NCBI GenBank assembly: GCA_043817155.1
Contig: JBDRHE010000087.1
Location: 983-64,982, forward strand
Direction of reading: 5' to 3'
Length of the DNA: 64,000 bases
From: Candidatus Omnitrophota bacterium
GTDB lineage: Bacteria; Omnitrophota; Gorgyraeia; JABMRN01; RBG-13-46-9
Below, piece after piece: positions 39,110 to 47,608 of this stretch. The notes under the pieces are model-generated. The model searched no databases. It was given only the letters and a program-made list of their open reading frames with translations, and was not told where the DNA came from. Position 1 is the stretch's first letter; each line of letters begins with the position of its first letter. Made by a program: the position numbers and the translations under genes.

Positions 39110-39658
39110 ATGGTTGAACTATACATATTATTAATTCTGATGATCATGGGCGCGATAATCGCCGTTGAGGTTAAGGACATGCTCTCTTCGGTTGTAGCGG
39201 TAGGAGCGGTGGGCCTCATTCTCTCAATAGCCTTTTTGATACTAAAAGCACCCGATGTTGCTATTACCCAGCTCGTTGTTGAGATATTGGCCCTCATTAT
39301 CTTAATCAGGGCAACACTTAAGAAGGATCTGCCTTTTTCAACATCCGGAAGATGGGTACTAAATACCGTAATTACTTTTGCGTTCATAGGCGTGCTGCTA
39401 CTTGTCGCGCGCAAATGTTTCGCTGACTTGCCGGAATTTGGCTATCCTATAATGAGAGTGGCGGATACCTATATAAAGGACGGGCTCTTGAAGACAGGCG
39501 CAACCAACGTTGTGTCATCCGTTATACTGGATTTCAGGGCTTTCGATACACTTGGTGAGGCGACGGTCCTGTTTACAGCAGTTATAGGTGTATTGGCTAT
39601 TGTCAGGCGTACCGGAAGAAAGACGGAAGGTCAGAAGATAGAGGAAGAGGAAGAATAA
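39110..39658 (+). CDS. MrpA C-terminal / MnhB-domain protein (DUF4040-like)
   Basis: VILDFRAFDTLGE motif typical of the MrpA C-terminal/MnhB domain. Confidence 0.7.
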   Translation: MVELYILLILMIMGAIIAVEVKDMLSSVVAVGAVGLILSIAFLILKAPDVAITQLVVEILALIILIRATLKKDLPFSTSGRWVLNTVITFAFIGVLLLVARKCFADLPEFGYPIMRVADTYIKDGLLKTGATNVVSSVILDFRAFDTLGEATVLFTAVIGVLAIVRRTGRKTEGQKIEEEEE

Positions 39659-39930
39659 TGAGCCCCGTTAGACCTCTATATTTTACATATGTTTTAGAAA
39701 GTGAGAAGACAGGTGAATTCTATACTGGTGCTACATCCGATTTAAAGAAAAGAATAGTGAAACATAATAAAGGTTTGGTTGCTTCTACAAAATGTAGAGT
39801 TCCATTATATTTAGTATATTTTGAAGCATGCTTTAACAAAGAAGATGCTTTTCGCAGAGAAAAATATCTGAAATCTGGAATGGGTAAACGATATATCAAA
39901 AATCGATTAAGAGGAGATCTAACGGGGTGA
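39658..39930 (+). CDS. GIY-YIG nuclease-superfamily protein (YhbQ/UPF0213-like) inserted inside the mrp module
   Basis: LYFTYVLESEKTGEFYTGATSDLKKRIVKH matches the GIY-YIG core; markedly AT-rich; 1-nt and 4-nt overlaps with flanking genes. Confidence 0.7.
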   Translation: MSPVRPLYFTYVLESEKTGEFYTGATSDLKKRIVKHNKGLVASTKCRVPLYLVYFEACFNKEDAFRREKYLKSGMGKRYIKNRLRGDLTG

Positions 39931-40379
39931 GCAGAGAACACGAAAAGGGAATGTCTCTTATCGTTAAGACCGTTACGAGGCTTACAGTGGGTCTCATTAT
40001 ATTGTATGGTGTATACATTGTTCTTCACGGCCACGTTTCACCGGGTGGGGGTTTTGCAGGCGGCGTCATAATAGCCCTCTCCATTGTTCATCTTATGCTT
40101 GCTTATGGCAAAGACGTTGCTCTGGCGAAGCTTTCACGGGGCGCTGCACACTTCTTTGAGAGCACAGGTGCGCTCCTTTTCCTGGTTATAGCGATACTCG
40201 GATTCACCGGCGGGTACTTCTTTCTCAATTTTATATCTAAGGGAGAGCCCTTCCACCTCTTTAGCGCCGGCATAATTCCTCTTTGCAATATAGCCATAAG
40301 CATGAAGGTTGGAGCCGGGCTCTTTGCGATCTTCATTGCGCTCGTTCTCTTAGATCTGGAATCCGGGAGAAAGTCATGA
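39927..40379 (+). CDS. mrpB: Mrp antiporter subunit B
   Basis: HGHVSPGGGFAGGVI motif. Confidence 0.8.
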   Translation: MSREHEKGMSLIVKTVTRLTVGLIILYGVYIVLHGHVSPGGGFAGGVIIALSIVHLMLAYGKDVALAKLSRGAAHFFESTGALLFLVIAILGFTGGYFFLNFISKGEPFHLFSAGIIPLCNIAISMKVGAGLFAIFIALVLLDLESGRKS

Positions 40380-40714
40380 CTTTATATTTACTCTGTTTAA
40401 CGCTCTTCTCGATAGGCATATATTGCGTATTAAGAAAACGAAACATTATAAAAATAATTGTAGGGATCATCATATCCGAGTATGCGGTCAATCTTTTCTT
40501 TATTTTAGTGGCATATCGCATAAATGGGCGGGCGCCGATATTATCCCCAGATGTAAATATAACGAACATGGTCGATCCCTTGCCACAGGCTCTGGTTTTA
40601 ACCTCCATCGTCATAGGGCTTGCGACGACAGCATTACTTATAGCAATTGCAATGCGAATTTATGAGAAATACGGTACTTTCGATATAACAAAGATAAAGG
40701 AGCTGAGAGGTTAA
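40376..40714 (+). CDS. mrpC: Mrp antiporter subunit C (NuoK-like)
   Basis: 113 aa with three TM helices; ATG overlaps the upstream stop. Confidence 0.8.
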   Translation: MTLYLLCLTLFSIGIYCVLRKRNIIKIIVGIIISEYAVNLFFILVAYRINGRAPILSPDVNITNMVDPLPQALVLTSIVIGLATTALLIAIAMRIYEKYGTFDITKIKELRG

Positions 40715-42216
40715 TGCAGGGCGCGAATATTTTACCACTCTTCATAATAATACCGCTTGCCGGCGCATTTCTTAACTCACTTATCGGGAAGAGAATAAAG
40801 TGGGTGCCGGACCTTTTGGGTAACGTAGCAACACTGGGCCTCTTCATTGTTTCGCTTCTGGCCGTTTGCCTGGTTAATGCGCAGGGCGTGTTGTCATATA
40901 GCGTCGGGGCATGGAAGATGCCGCTCGGTATAGCGATGGTCCTGGACGGTTTCACCGTATTCATGCTGGTTACGGTCAATCTCGTAGCATTTGCCATCTC
41001 GGTCTATTCGATAAATTACATGGAGAAGTATACCTCTAAATGGAAATTCTACACACTATTTTTATTGATGCTCGCGGGCATGAATGGAGTCGTTATAACG
41101 GGCGATATGTTCAATCTGTTTGTGTTCCTGGAGATAGCATCCGTTGCCAGTTACGCCCTGGTTGCTTTCGGAACGGAGCGCCACGAATTGGAAGCCGCGT
41201 TCAAGTATGCAGTAATGAGCAGCATAGGGTCGCTCTTTGTTCTTCTGGGAATCGTCTTCTTATACAGCCTTACATCGACACTTAATATGGCGGACATGTC
41301 AAACGTCCTGGCCCAAAAGGGAGCAAACAATATTACACTTATGGTCAGCGTTCTGTTCATAATGGGATTCGGTCTGAAAGCGGCTTTAGTTCCTTTTCAC
41401 GCATGGCTTCCGGACGCCCACCCGTCGGCACCCGCTCCGATATCCGCGATGTTGTCCGGAGTCCTCATTAAATCACTTGGTATCTACGCACTATGCAGAA
41501 TATTCTATAATGTTATAGGGATAACCCCGGCCATATCATCGGTACTGATGTTCTTAGGTACGCTCTCTATGGTCGTGGGGGTGTTCCTGGCTATAGGGCA
41601 ATGGGATCTGAAGCGGCTTTTGGCCTATCATTCGATAAGTCAGATAGGCTACGTTATTCTTGGTGTGGGGCTTGGGACACCGCTGGGCATACTTGGAGGA
41701 CTCTTCCATCTATTCAATCATTCCGTCTTCAAATCACTCTTATTTTTGAATTCCGGAGCCATCGATTACGCAACGGGCAACCGTGACTTACAGAAGATGG
41801 GTGGCTTGATGGGAAAGATGCCGGTTACAGGCTGTACAGGCTTAATAGCGTCTATGTCGATAGCCGGTGTGCCGCCCTTCAACGGCTTTTGGAGCAAGCT
41901 TATAATCATTTTAGCAGCTGTCCAGGCGGGCCGATTCGGGTATGCATTCTGGGCGGTACTCGCAAGCTTGCTTACCCTTGCATCGTTTACCAAGGTCATG
42001 AAGTACGCATTTTTCGGGAACCTCAAATCCAGGTGGACGAAGGTCAAAGAGGTGCCAATCGCAATGAAGTTATCGATGGTGTCACTGGCAATAATCTGCG
42101 TTTTAGGAGGAGTTCTTATTATCTCCTCTGTGAGTGACGTCTTCTTAAAGAGCGCAAGCGATGTGATTTCGTCCGGAACCGACTATGCGCGTTTAGTCTT
42201 TAAAAGTATACGGTAA
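40714..42216 (+). CDS. mrpD: Mrp antiporter subunit D (NuoM/N-like)
   Basis: NuoM/MrpD family, 500 aa. Confidence 0.85.
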   Translation: MQGANILPLFIIIPLAGAFLNSLIGKRIKWVPDLLGNVATLGLFIVSLLAVCLVNAQGVLSYSVGAWKMPLGIAMVLDGFTVFMLVTVNLVAFAISVYSINYMEKYTSKWKFYTLFLLMLAGMNGVVITGDMFNLFVFLEIASVASYALVAFGTERHELEAAFKYAVMSSIGSLFVLLGIVFLYSLTSTLNMADMSNVLAQKGANNITLMVSVLFIMGFGLKAALVPFHAWLPDAHPSAPAPISAMLSGVLIKSLGIYALCRIFYNVIGITPAISSVLMFLGTLSMVVGVFLAIGQWDLKRLLAYHSISQIGYVILGVGLGTPLGILGGLFHLFNHSVFKSLLFLNSGAIDYATGNRDLQKMGGLMGKMPVTGCTGLIASMSIAGVPPFNGFWSKLIIILAAVQAGRFGYAFWAVLASLLTLASFTKVMKYAFFGNLKSRWTKVKEVPIAMKLSMVSLAIICVLGGVLIISSVSDVFLKSASDVISSGTDYARLVFKSIR

Positions 42217-42217
42217 T

Positions 42218-42715
42218 ATGAAGAAGAGAATAGTTCTATTCATAACGGCTTTTATTGTATGGTGCCTATTGAATTGGGTGCCTGACATGCAACACATCTT
42301 AGTTGGTATCTTCGTATCTCTTTTTGTTGCGTATATGACAGGCGACCTCTTTGTGCAGAGACCCCATATCCTGACGCACCCCATGAGGTACCTCTATTTT
42401 ATCTTCCAATATTTACCGGTATTTCTATGGGAGATCATAAAGGCGAATATAGATGTCGCATATCGGGTTGTGCATCCCGGATTACCTATAAATCCGGGGA
42501 TCGTAAAGGTAAAGACGACCCTTAAATCTGATATTGCGCTGACATTTTTGTCTAACTCAATTACGCTTACTCCGGGAACGCTGACCGTAGACATCGATAA
42601 GGATAACGCTGTTCTCTATGTACACTGGATCGATGTCAAGGCCAAAGATGTCAATACCGCGACTAAGATAATAGTAGAACGGTTTGAAAGGATCTTGAGA
42701 AAGATTTTTGATTAG
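42218..42715 (+). CDS. mrpE: Mrp antiporter subunit E
   Basis: MnhE family. Confidence 0.8.
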   Translation: MKKRIVLFITAFIVWCLLNWVPDMQHILVGIFVSLFVAYMTGDLFVQRPHILTHPMRYLYFIFQYLPVFLWEIIKANIDVAYRVVHPGLPINPGIVKVKTTLKSDIALTFLSNSITLTPGTLTVDIDKDNAVLYVHWIDVKAKDVNTATKIIVERFERILRKIFD

Positions 42716-42772
42716 AAAAATAGGTGAGATGAACCCCGTTAGAACTCTATCGGGGTGAAGAAAGTTGCGAAG

Positions 42773-43177
42773 ATGAATAATTCTAATGGGCTTGGCAAAA
42801 CCGACGGGGTGAAGGTTGTTAAGTGGCTGGTAGGGGCGGTCGTTTTAACGGGCATAGCAACTCTCATCGTATTGCGTCCCTTCCCATGCCTTATCTGTCC
42901 CGGTTTTGCGTATTCGGGATTCTTCAGCCGCGCACTCTATATAGTCATCTTAGCATCTGCGCTATGTCTCTACCGCGTGTGGAAAGGACCGACCGGAGCC
43001 GACAGGATAGTGGCTGTAGACATACTTGGAATCATGATAATAGGATTGTGCGCGGTACTTACGGTTTGTACGGGCAGGTCCTGGTATATCGATATCGGAA
43101 TTGCGTGGGCCCTGCAAAGCTTTATAAGCACGTTAGCGCTTTCCAAATATCTAGAAGGCAGAGGATTTGATGAATGA
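42773..43177 (+). CDS. mrpF: Mrp antiporter subunit F
   Basis: MnhF-like TM helices; start uncertain (GTG at 42755 or ATG at 42773). Confidence 0.65.
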   Translation: MNNSNGLGKTDGVKVVKWLVGAVVLTGIATLIVLRPFPCLICPGFAYSGFFSRALYIVILASALCLYRVWKGPTGADRIVAVDILGIMIIGLCAVLTVCTGRSWYIDIGIAWALQSFISTLALSKYLEGRGFDE

Positions 43178-43505
43178 TATTATTGGGTTGGTATTTATTG
43201 GCATTGGGCTGGCATTCGATGTTTTCGGGTGTCTGGGTCTTGTAAGGCTTCCAGATGTGTATAATCGTCTGCAAGCTGCGACAAAGTGCGTGACACTCGG
43301 CACCTGCAGCATTCTATTCGGAACGTTTCTCATAGTTGGACTTACGGCTGCAGGAGTAAAATCGCTACTTTGCATAGTGTTTCTCATATTGACCTCTCCT
43401 GTTGCGGCACATGCGATAGCCAGGGGCGCCCACAGGGCGGGTGTCAAGCTCTGTGACGAAAGCGTGATAGATAAATATAAAGAAGATAAAGAAGGGGAAG
43501 CATAA
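43170..43505 (+). CDS. mrpG: Mrp antiporter subunit G
   Basis: MnhG family (LVRLPDVYNRLQAATK). Confidence 0.8.
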   Translation: MNDIIGLVFIGIGLAFDVFGCLGLVRLPDVYNRLQAATKCVTLGTCSILFGTFLIVGLTAAGVKSLLCIVFLILTSPVAAHAIARGAHRAGVKLCDESVIDKYKEDKEGEA

Positions 43506-43612
43506 GAGGTTTCTTAAGGTTTCGGAATGTTACTTAAGGTTTCTTGAGGTTGCAACAACTTAAATGCAACATAAAGAAACTTCCCGGAACCTAAAGAAAC
43601 ATTAAGAAACAT
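43506..43612. repeat. Family-E imperfect inverted repeat, second copy
   Basis: GAGGTTTCTTAAGGTTTCGGAATGTTACTTAAGGTTTCTTGAGGTTGCA ... GAAACATTAAGAAACAT. Confidence 0.7.
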
Positions 43613-43621
43613 AAAATATAT

Positions 43622-44233
43622 ATGAGATTACCAAAGATAAGGGAAGTTATCGAGGCGGTAAAAGCGCTTATCAAGGGCCCATATACATCGAAGTTCCCTG
43701 CGGAACCTCACGTTCCACATCCCAATTTCAGGGGTCAACCCAAGTTTAACGATAAGAGGTGTGTAGGGTGCCTGGCGTGCGAAGAGGTTTGCCCGGTAAA
43801 CGCCATAGATCATAAGGACCGGATGGATGATAAGCCGGACGCGAAGCGTATCATGATCCATTACACCGATACGTGCATTTTCTGCGGTCAATGTGAGGCC
43901 GCATGTATAGCCGATCATGAGGGCATCAAGCTTTCGAACGACTGGGAGCTCTCATTCTTCGACAGAAAAGAGGCCCAGGAGTCTATCGAAAAGAAGCTGG
44001 AGCTTTGTGAAATTTGCGGCTCGGTAATTGCCTGCAAAGACCATTTAAAGTGGATCTCTCTTAAATTGGGCGAACTTACATATTCAAGTCCTACCTTGTA
44101 CCTCTCCCGCCTTAAGAGCCTCGGAATTATAGATAATAACATCATATCCGCATTGAAAGATAACGGTCGCTCTGACAGGGTGAAGATCTTGTGTGCCCGT
44201 TGCAGAAGAGAGACTACTCTTACCACGAAATAG
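43622..44233 (+). CDS. mbhN: NuoI/HycF/MbhN-like 2x[4Fe-4S] subunit
   Basis: CVGCLACEEVCP and CIFCGQCEAAC motifs. Confidence 0.8.
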   Translation: MRLPKIREVIEAVKALIKGPYTSKFPAEPHVPHPNFRGQPKFNDKRCVGCLACEEVCPVNAIDHKDRMDDKPDAKRIMIHYTDTCIFCGQCEAACIADHEGIKLSNDWELSFFDRKEAQESIEKKLELCEICGSVIACKDHLKWISLKLGELTYSSPTLYLSRLKSLGIIDNNIISALKDNGRSDRVKILCARCRRETTLTTK

Positions 44234-44323
44234 CCTTAAGCTTTAAGCCATAAGCCTTAAATGTATCTTCTCTAACGAGCGCAGATGATGAGACTTACGG
44301 CTTATAGCTTATAGCTTACAGCT
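44234..44323. repeat. Family-F ATAAGCT/AGCTTAT-rich inverted repeat directly after a stop codon
   Basis: AAGCCATAAGCC...GGCTTATAGCTTATAGCTT; copies at 46503-46577 and 52117-52212. Confidence 0.7.
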
Positions 44324-44325
44324 AT

Positions 44326-44817
44326 ATGAAGAAAGAATTAAAAGATATACTAAAAGGCAAGGTCGTTATCGTTGGCATCGGGAATGTTTTAAAAGGTGAT
44401 GATGGATTCGGCCCTGCGCTTATAGAGAGATTGAATACTACGGGTGTTGACGCGACCTGTATAGATGCCGGAACATCCCTGGAGAATTATTTTGGCAAGA
44501 TCGCGAAAGAGGATCCCGATGTTATCTTAATAGTTGATGCGGCTCATTTAGAGCTTAACCCGGGAGAGTGTGCCATCCTGGAATCGGAAGATATTCTGAG
44601 GAGCGGTCTCACCACGCATGATATATCGCCTAAGATGTTTATAGATTATTTGAAGGATCATACAAGAGCATCCGTATATATGCTGGGTGTTCAACCGGAG
44701 AGTATTTCACTGGGTGATGAGATGTCCGCAACCCTTGGTAGAAGTCTAGGTAATATCGCGAAAGATATGGAGGAGATACTGAATGCACGAGACACATCTG
44801 ATAGAACCCATAATTAA
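44326..44817 (+). CDS. hycI: Hydrogenase maturation endopeptidase (HycI/HyaD family)
   Basis: VVIVGIGNVLKGDDGFGP motif. Confidence 0.85.
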   Translation: MKKELKDILKGKVVIVGIGNVLKGDDGFGPALIERLNTTGVDATCIDAGTSLENYFGKIAKEDPDVILIVDAAHLELNPGECAILESEDILRSGLTTHDISPKMFIDYLKDHTRASVYMLGVQPESISLGDEMSATLGRSLGNIAKDMEEILNARDTSDRTHN

Positions 44818-45025
44818 AGGAATTTCCGAACACGCGAGGAAAGAGGGCGCCAAGAGCGTATCCAGGGTGAGGCTTAAGATAGGGGAATTTACGGGTATCA
44901 AAGAAGAGTCATTCCGGGAGACTTTTAGAGTATTGGCTAAAGGTACAGTATTGGAAGGAACTAAACTCGAACTTTCGTATTTTTTAGCTTCACGGATCGA
45001 GGTAGTGTCTTTCGATATAGAGTGA
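44783..45025 (+). CDS. hypA: HypA-like Ni metallochaperone, N-terminal domain only (no zinc finger)
   Basis: MHE Ni-binding N-terminus and core alignable to E. coli HypA; lacks the C-terminal CxxC...CxxC. Confidence 0.65.
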   Translation: MHETHLIEPIIKGISEHARKEGAKSVSRVRLKIGEFTGIKEESFRETFRVLAKGTVLEGTKLELSYFLASRIEVVSFDIE

Positions 45026-45041
45026 TTACACAGATTAGGGA

Positions 45042-46139
45042 GTGATTACACAGATGAGCAAGGGTTCGAACATACTGGCTCTCGGGGCCGATATGAAGAG
45101 CAGGTATCTGGTCGCAAGCGGCAGCAAGCTCGAGTTCGGTCCGGAGATAGGGGATCTCGGCGAGGCCAGGAACTTCGCATTCTTCAAGAGGAAAGTACAA
45201 CAGGTCGTCAAAAGGACAAAGCCGGCTATTATAACGCATGACCTGCATCCCGGTTATTTTTCCACCCGATTGGCCAGGAGAATAGGCGCCGAACATCCTG
45301 CTGCCAGTCTACTGCCGGTCCAACACCACTATGCTCACATAGCAAGCGTGATGGCCGAATTTGGATTAAAAGGACCCGCTATAGGGGTTGCGCTTGACGG
45401 AACAGGTTTGGGTACTGACGGAAATATATGGGGTGGCGAATTTATTGTGGTGAGAAACCGGAACTTCAACCGTGTGGGGCATTTCAAATATATCAGGATG
45501 CCGGGCGGGGAGAAGGTTATAAGCGAGATCTGGAGAATGGTTATTAGCATACTGGGCAGAGTCGGGTGTCCGTTCCTAAAAGATGTTGAGGAGATAGCGA
45601 AAGAGATGCTCATATCCATGATGGAGAAGGGTATCAATTCGCCGTTAACCTCAAGTGTCGGCAGGATCTTCGACGCTGCCGCGTCGCTTACAGGCGTCTG
45701 TCGGGAAGCCGCATATGAAGCGGAAGGACCGATAAAGCTCGAGAAACTATGTGATTACAAGATCAAGGAAAGTTATAATTTCACGATATCAAAAAATAAG
45801 GGCACATTTACAATCGATGTAAGGCCAATTTTTTTTGAATTGATTAAAGATCTCAAGAAAAGAACGAAGAGATCGGTTATTGCTACGAAATTCCACAATT
45901 CAATGGTTATGGCGGTCTTTAAAATGGTAAAGAAGATAACGGAAGAAACCGGGATAAAGGATGTTCTGCTCTCGGGAGGGGTGTTCCAGAACAGTTTTTT
46001 GAGAAGGAGGCTCATGGAGAAGTTGTCCAAAGCCGGGTTCAAGGTTTTTATAAATGAAAAGACGCCGGTAAATGACCATAATATAGCACTTGGGCAGTAT
46101 TATATCGCGAAGAATTATCCACAAACGAACAGTAAGTAG
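45042..46139 (+). CDS. hypF: HypF-like carbamoyltransferase, Kae1-like C-terminal domain only
   Basis: PVQHHYAHIASV and VALDGTGLGTDGNIWGGEF match the HypF C-terminal domain; no acylphosphatase, Zn-finger or YrdC domains; begins MITQM at a GATTACACAGATG motif. Confidence 0.75.
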   Translation: MITQMSKGSNILALGADMKSRYLVASGSKLEFGPEIGDLGEARNFAFFKRKVQQVVKRTKPAIITHDLHPGYFSTRLARRIGAEHPAASLLPVQHHYAHIASVMAEFGLKGPAIGVALDGTGLGTDGNIWGGEFIVVRNRNFNRVGHFKYIRMPGGEKVISEIWRMVISILGRVGCPFLKDVEEIAKEMLISMMEKGINSPLTSSVGRIFDAAASLTGVCREAAYEAEGPIKLEKLCDYKIKESYNFTISKNKGTFTIDVRPIFFELIKDLKKRTKRSVIATKFHNSMVMAVFKMVKKITEETGIKDVLLSGGVFQNSFLRRRLMEKLSKAGFKVFINEKTPVNDHNIALGQYYIAKNYPQTNSK

Positions 46140-46200
46140 CGAGTAGCAAGTAGAGAGTAGAGAGAGCTTCTCGCTACTTGCTACTCTCTACTCGCCACTT
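46131..46200. repeat. Family-D AGTAG/CTACT hairpin element, second copy, overlapping the hypF stop
   Basis: Approximately 95% identical to 15160-15232. Confidence 0.7.
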
Positions 46201-46234
46201 AAAAAAATTTGTGTCTAATAGAACTAGGTAAAGT

Positions 46235-46513
46235 ATGTGTTTAGCCACACCCGCGAAGATAAAGAAAATAGAGGAGACCGTCGATAGCGGGAAGACCGCC
46301 ATTGTTGATTTCGGTGGCGTTCAAAGAAGGATCTCTCTTGGTATCCTGAATAATGCTAAAATAGGCGACTACGTTCTTGTGCACGCCGGTTTTGCGATAG
46401 GCAAGGTTAGTAAGCTTGAAGCAGAGAATACAAAAAGGGCGTTAGAGGAGCTGCGGAGAACATACGAAGGGGCGCAAATGTATGTTGAAGATATAGATAT
46501 CCATAAGCTATAA
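46235..46513 (+). CDS. hypC: Hydrogenase maturation factor HypC
   Basis: MCLATP N-terminus (Cys2). Confidence 0.9.
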   Translation: MCLATPAKIKKIEETVDSGKTAIVDFGGVQRRISLGILNNAKIGDYVLVHAGFAIGKVSKLEAENTKRALEELRRTYEGAQMYVEDIDIHKL

Positions 46514-46577
46514 GCCGTAAGCTATAAGCTTAGACCGTTTTGAGCTTATAGCTTAAAACTTAAGGCTTAAAGCTTTG
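46503..46577. repeat. Family-F inverted repeat overlapping the hypC stop
   Basis: ATAAGCTATAAGCCGTAAGCTATAAGCTT...GAGCTTATAGCTT. Confidence 0.7.
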
Positions 46578-46597
46578 GTCAATTTAAGGAAATTGTT

Positions 46598-47608
46598 GTG
46601 AAGCAGATTAAGCTCATGGAAGTATGCGGAACGCATACAATGGCGATTGCGAGAGCAGGAATAAAGAAGGTCTTACCCAAAGGCATTAAGCTTGTATCGG
46701 GCCCGGGATGCCCTGTGTGCGTAACGGACCAGACGAATATCGATTATGCTATAGAGGTATCGCGTATTAAGGACGTTATCATGGCTACGTTCGGCGATAT
46801 GTTGCGTGTTCCCGGTTCTCAAGGTAGCCTGGATGATATAAGAAGAGAGGGTTACGACGTTCGAGTAGTGTATTCCTGTATCGATGCCCTTAAGATCGCG
46901 AAGGTTAACCCGGGCCATAGAGTTGTATTTATGGGCGTTGGTTTTGAAACTACCGCTCCTACAGTAGCAGCCAGCGTTTTGGAGGCGGAGCGAAAGGGGA
47001 TAAGCAACTTTTTTGTCTTATCGAATTTTAAACTTGTATTCCCGGCGCTCGAGATTATCTCAAGCTCGAAGAGAGTCCAGATCGACGGTTTTATATGCCC
47101 GGGGCATGTTAGCGTTATTACTGGCAGCAAACCTTACGAAAAGATCGCAAATAAATATAAGAGACCGTGTGTCATTATGGGTTTTGAACCCTCAGAGATA
47201 TTGAGTGGCATAAGCAGACTGGTCAAGCAGGTCAGGAACGGGGAGCATAAGGTCGAGATCGATTATAAGAGAGCCGTAAAAAGGTCCGGCAATGTTACTG
47301 CGCGAAATGTCCTCAATTCAGTTTTTGAAGCGGATGACGCAGAATGGAGAGGTATAGGCCAGATCAAGAAGAGTGGTTTAAGTATAAGAAGAGAATACAA
47401 GAAGTTCGACGGAAAGAGAGAATTTAATCTCATCGTCCCCCGGGCGCCGAAACCCCGTGGGTGCATATGTGGCGACGTATTACAAGGTATATATTCACCC
47501 CAGGACTGCAAATTATTTAAGAGGTTTTGTACGCCCCAGCGGCCGGTTGGGCCTTGCATGGTCTCTTCCGAGGGGACATGCGCGGCATACTTTAAGTACG
47601 GGGGGTAA
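46598..47608 (+). CDS. hypD: Hydrogenase maturation factor HypD
   Basis: CGTHT, GPGCPVC and C-terminal CPVC motifs. Confidence 0.9.
   Translation: MKQIKLMEVCGTHTMAIARAGIKKVLPKGIKLVSGPGCPVCVTDQTNIDYAIEVSRIKDVIMATFGDMLRVPGSQGSLDDIRREGYDVRVVYSCIDALKIAKVNPGHRVVFMGVGFETTAPTVAASVLEAERKGISNFFVLSNFKLVFPALEIISSSKRVQIDGFICPGHVSVITGSKPYEKIANKYKRPCVIMGFEPSEILSGISRLVKQVRNGEHKVEIDYKRAVKRSGNVTARNVLNSVFEADDAEWRGIGQIKKSGLSIRREYKKFDGKREFNLIVPRAPKPRGCICGDVLQGIYSPQDCKLFKRFCTPQRPVGPCMVSSEGTCAAYFKYGG

Noticed and set aside
39658-39930. Calling the GIY-YIG ORF a bona fide homing endonuclease or group I intron
   Set aside because: No intron structure or LAGLIDADG/HNH partner is present, and at 90 aa it matches standalone YhbQ-like GIY-YIG proteins; it is kept as a suspicious insertion but not classed as a mobile element.
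42823-43170. 115-aa alternate-frame ORF overlapping mrpF
   Set aside because: Off-frame of the conserved MnhF reading frame; Arg/Ser-rich translation.
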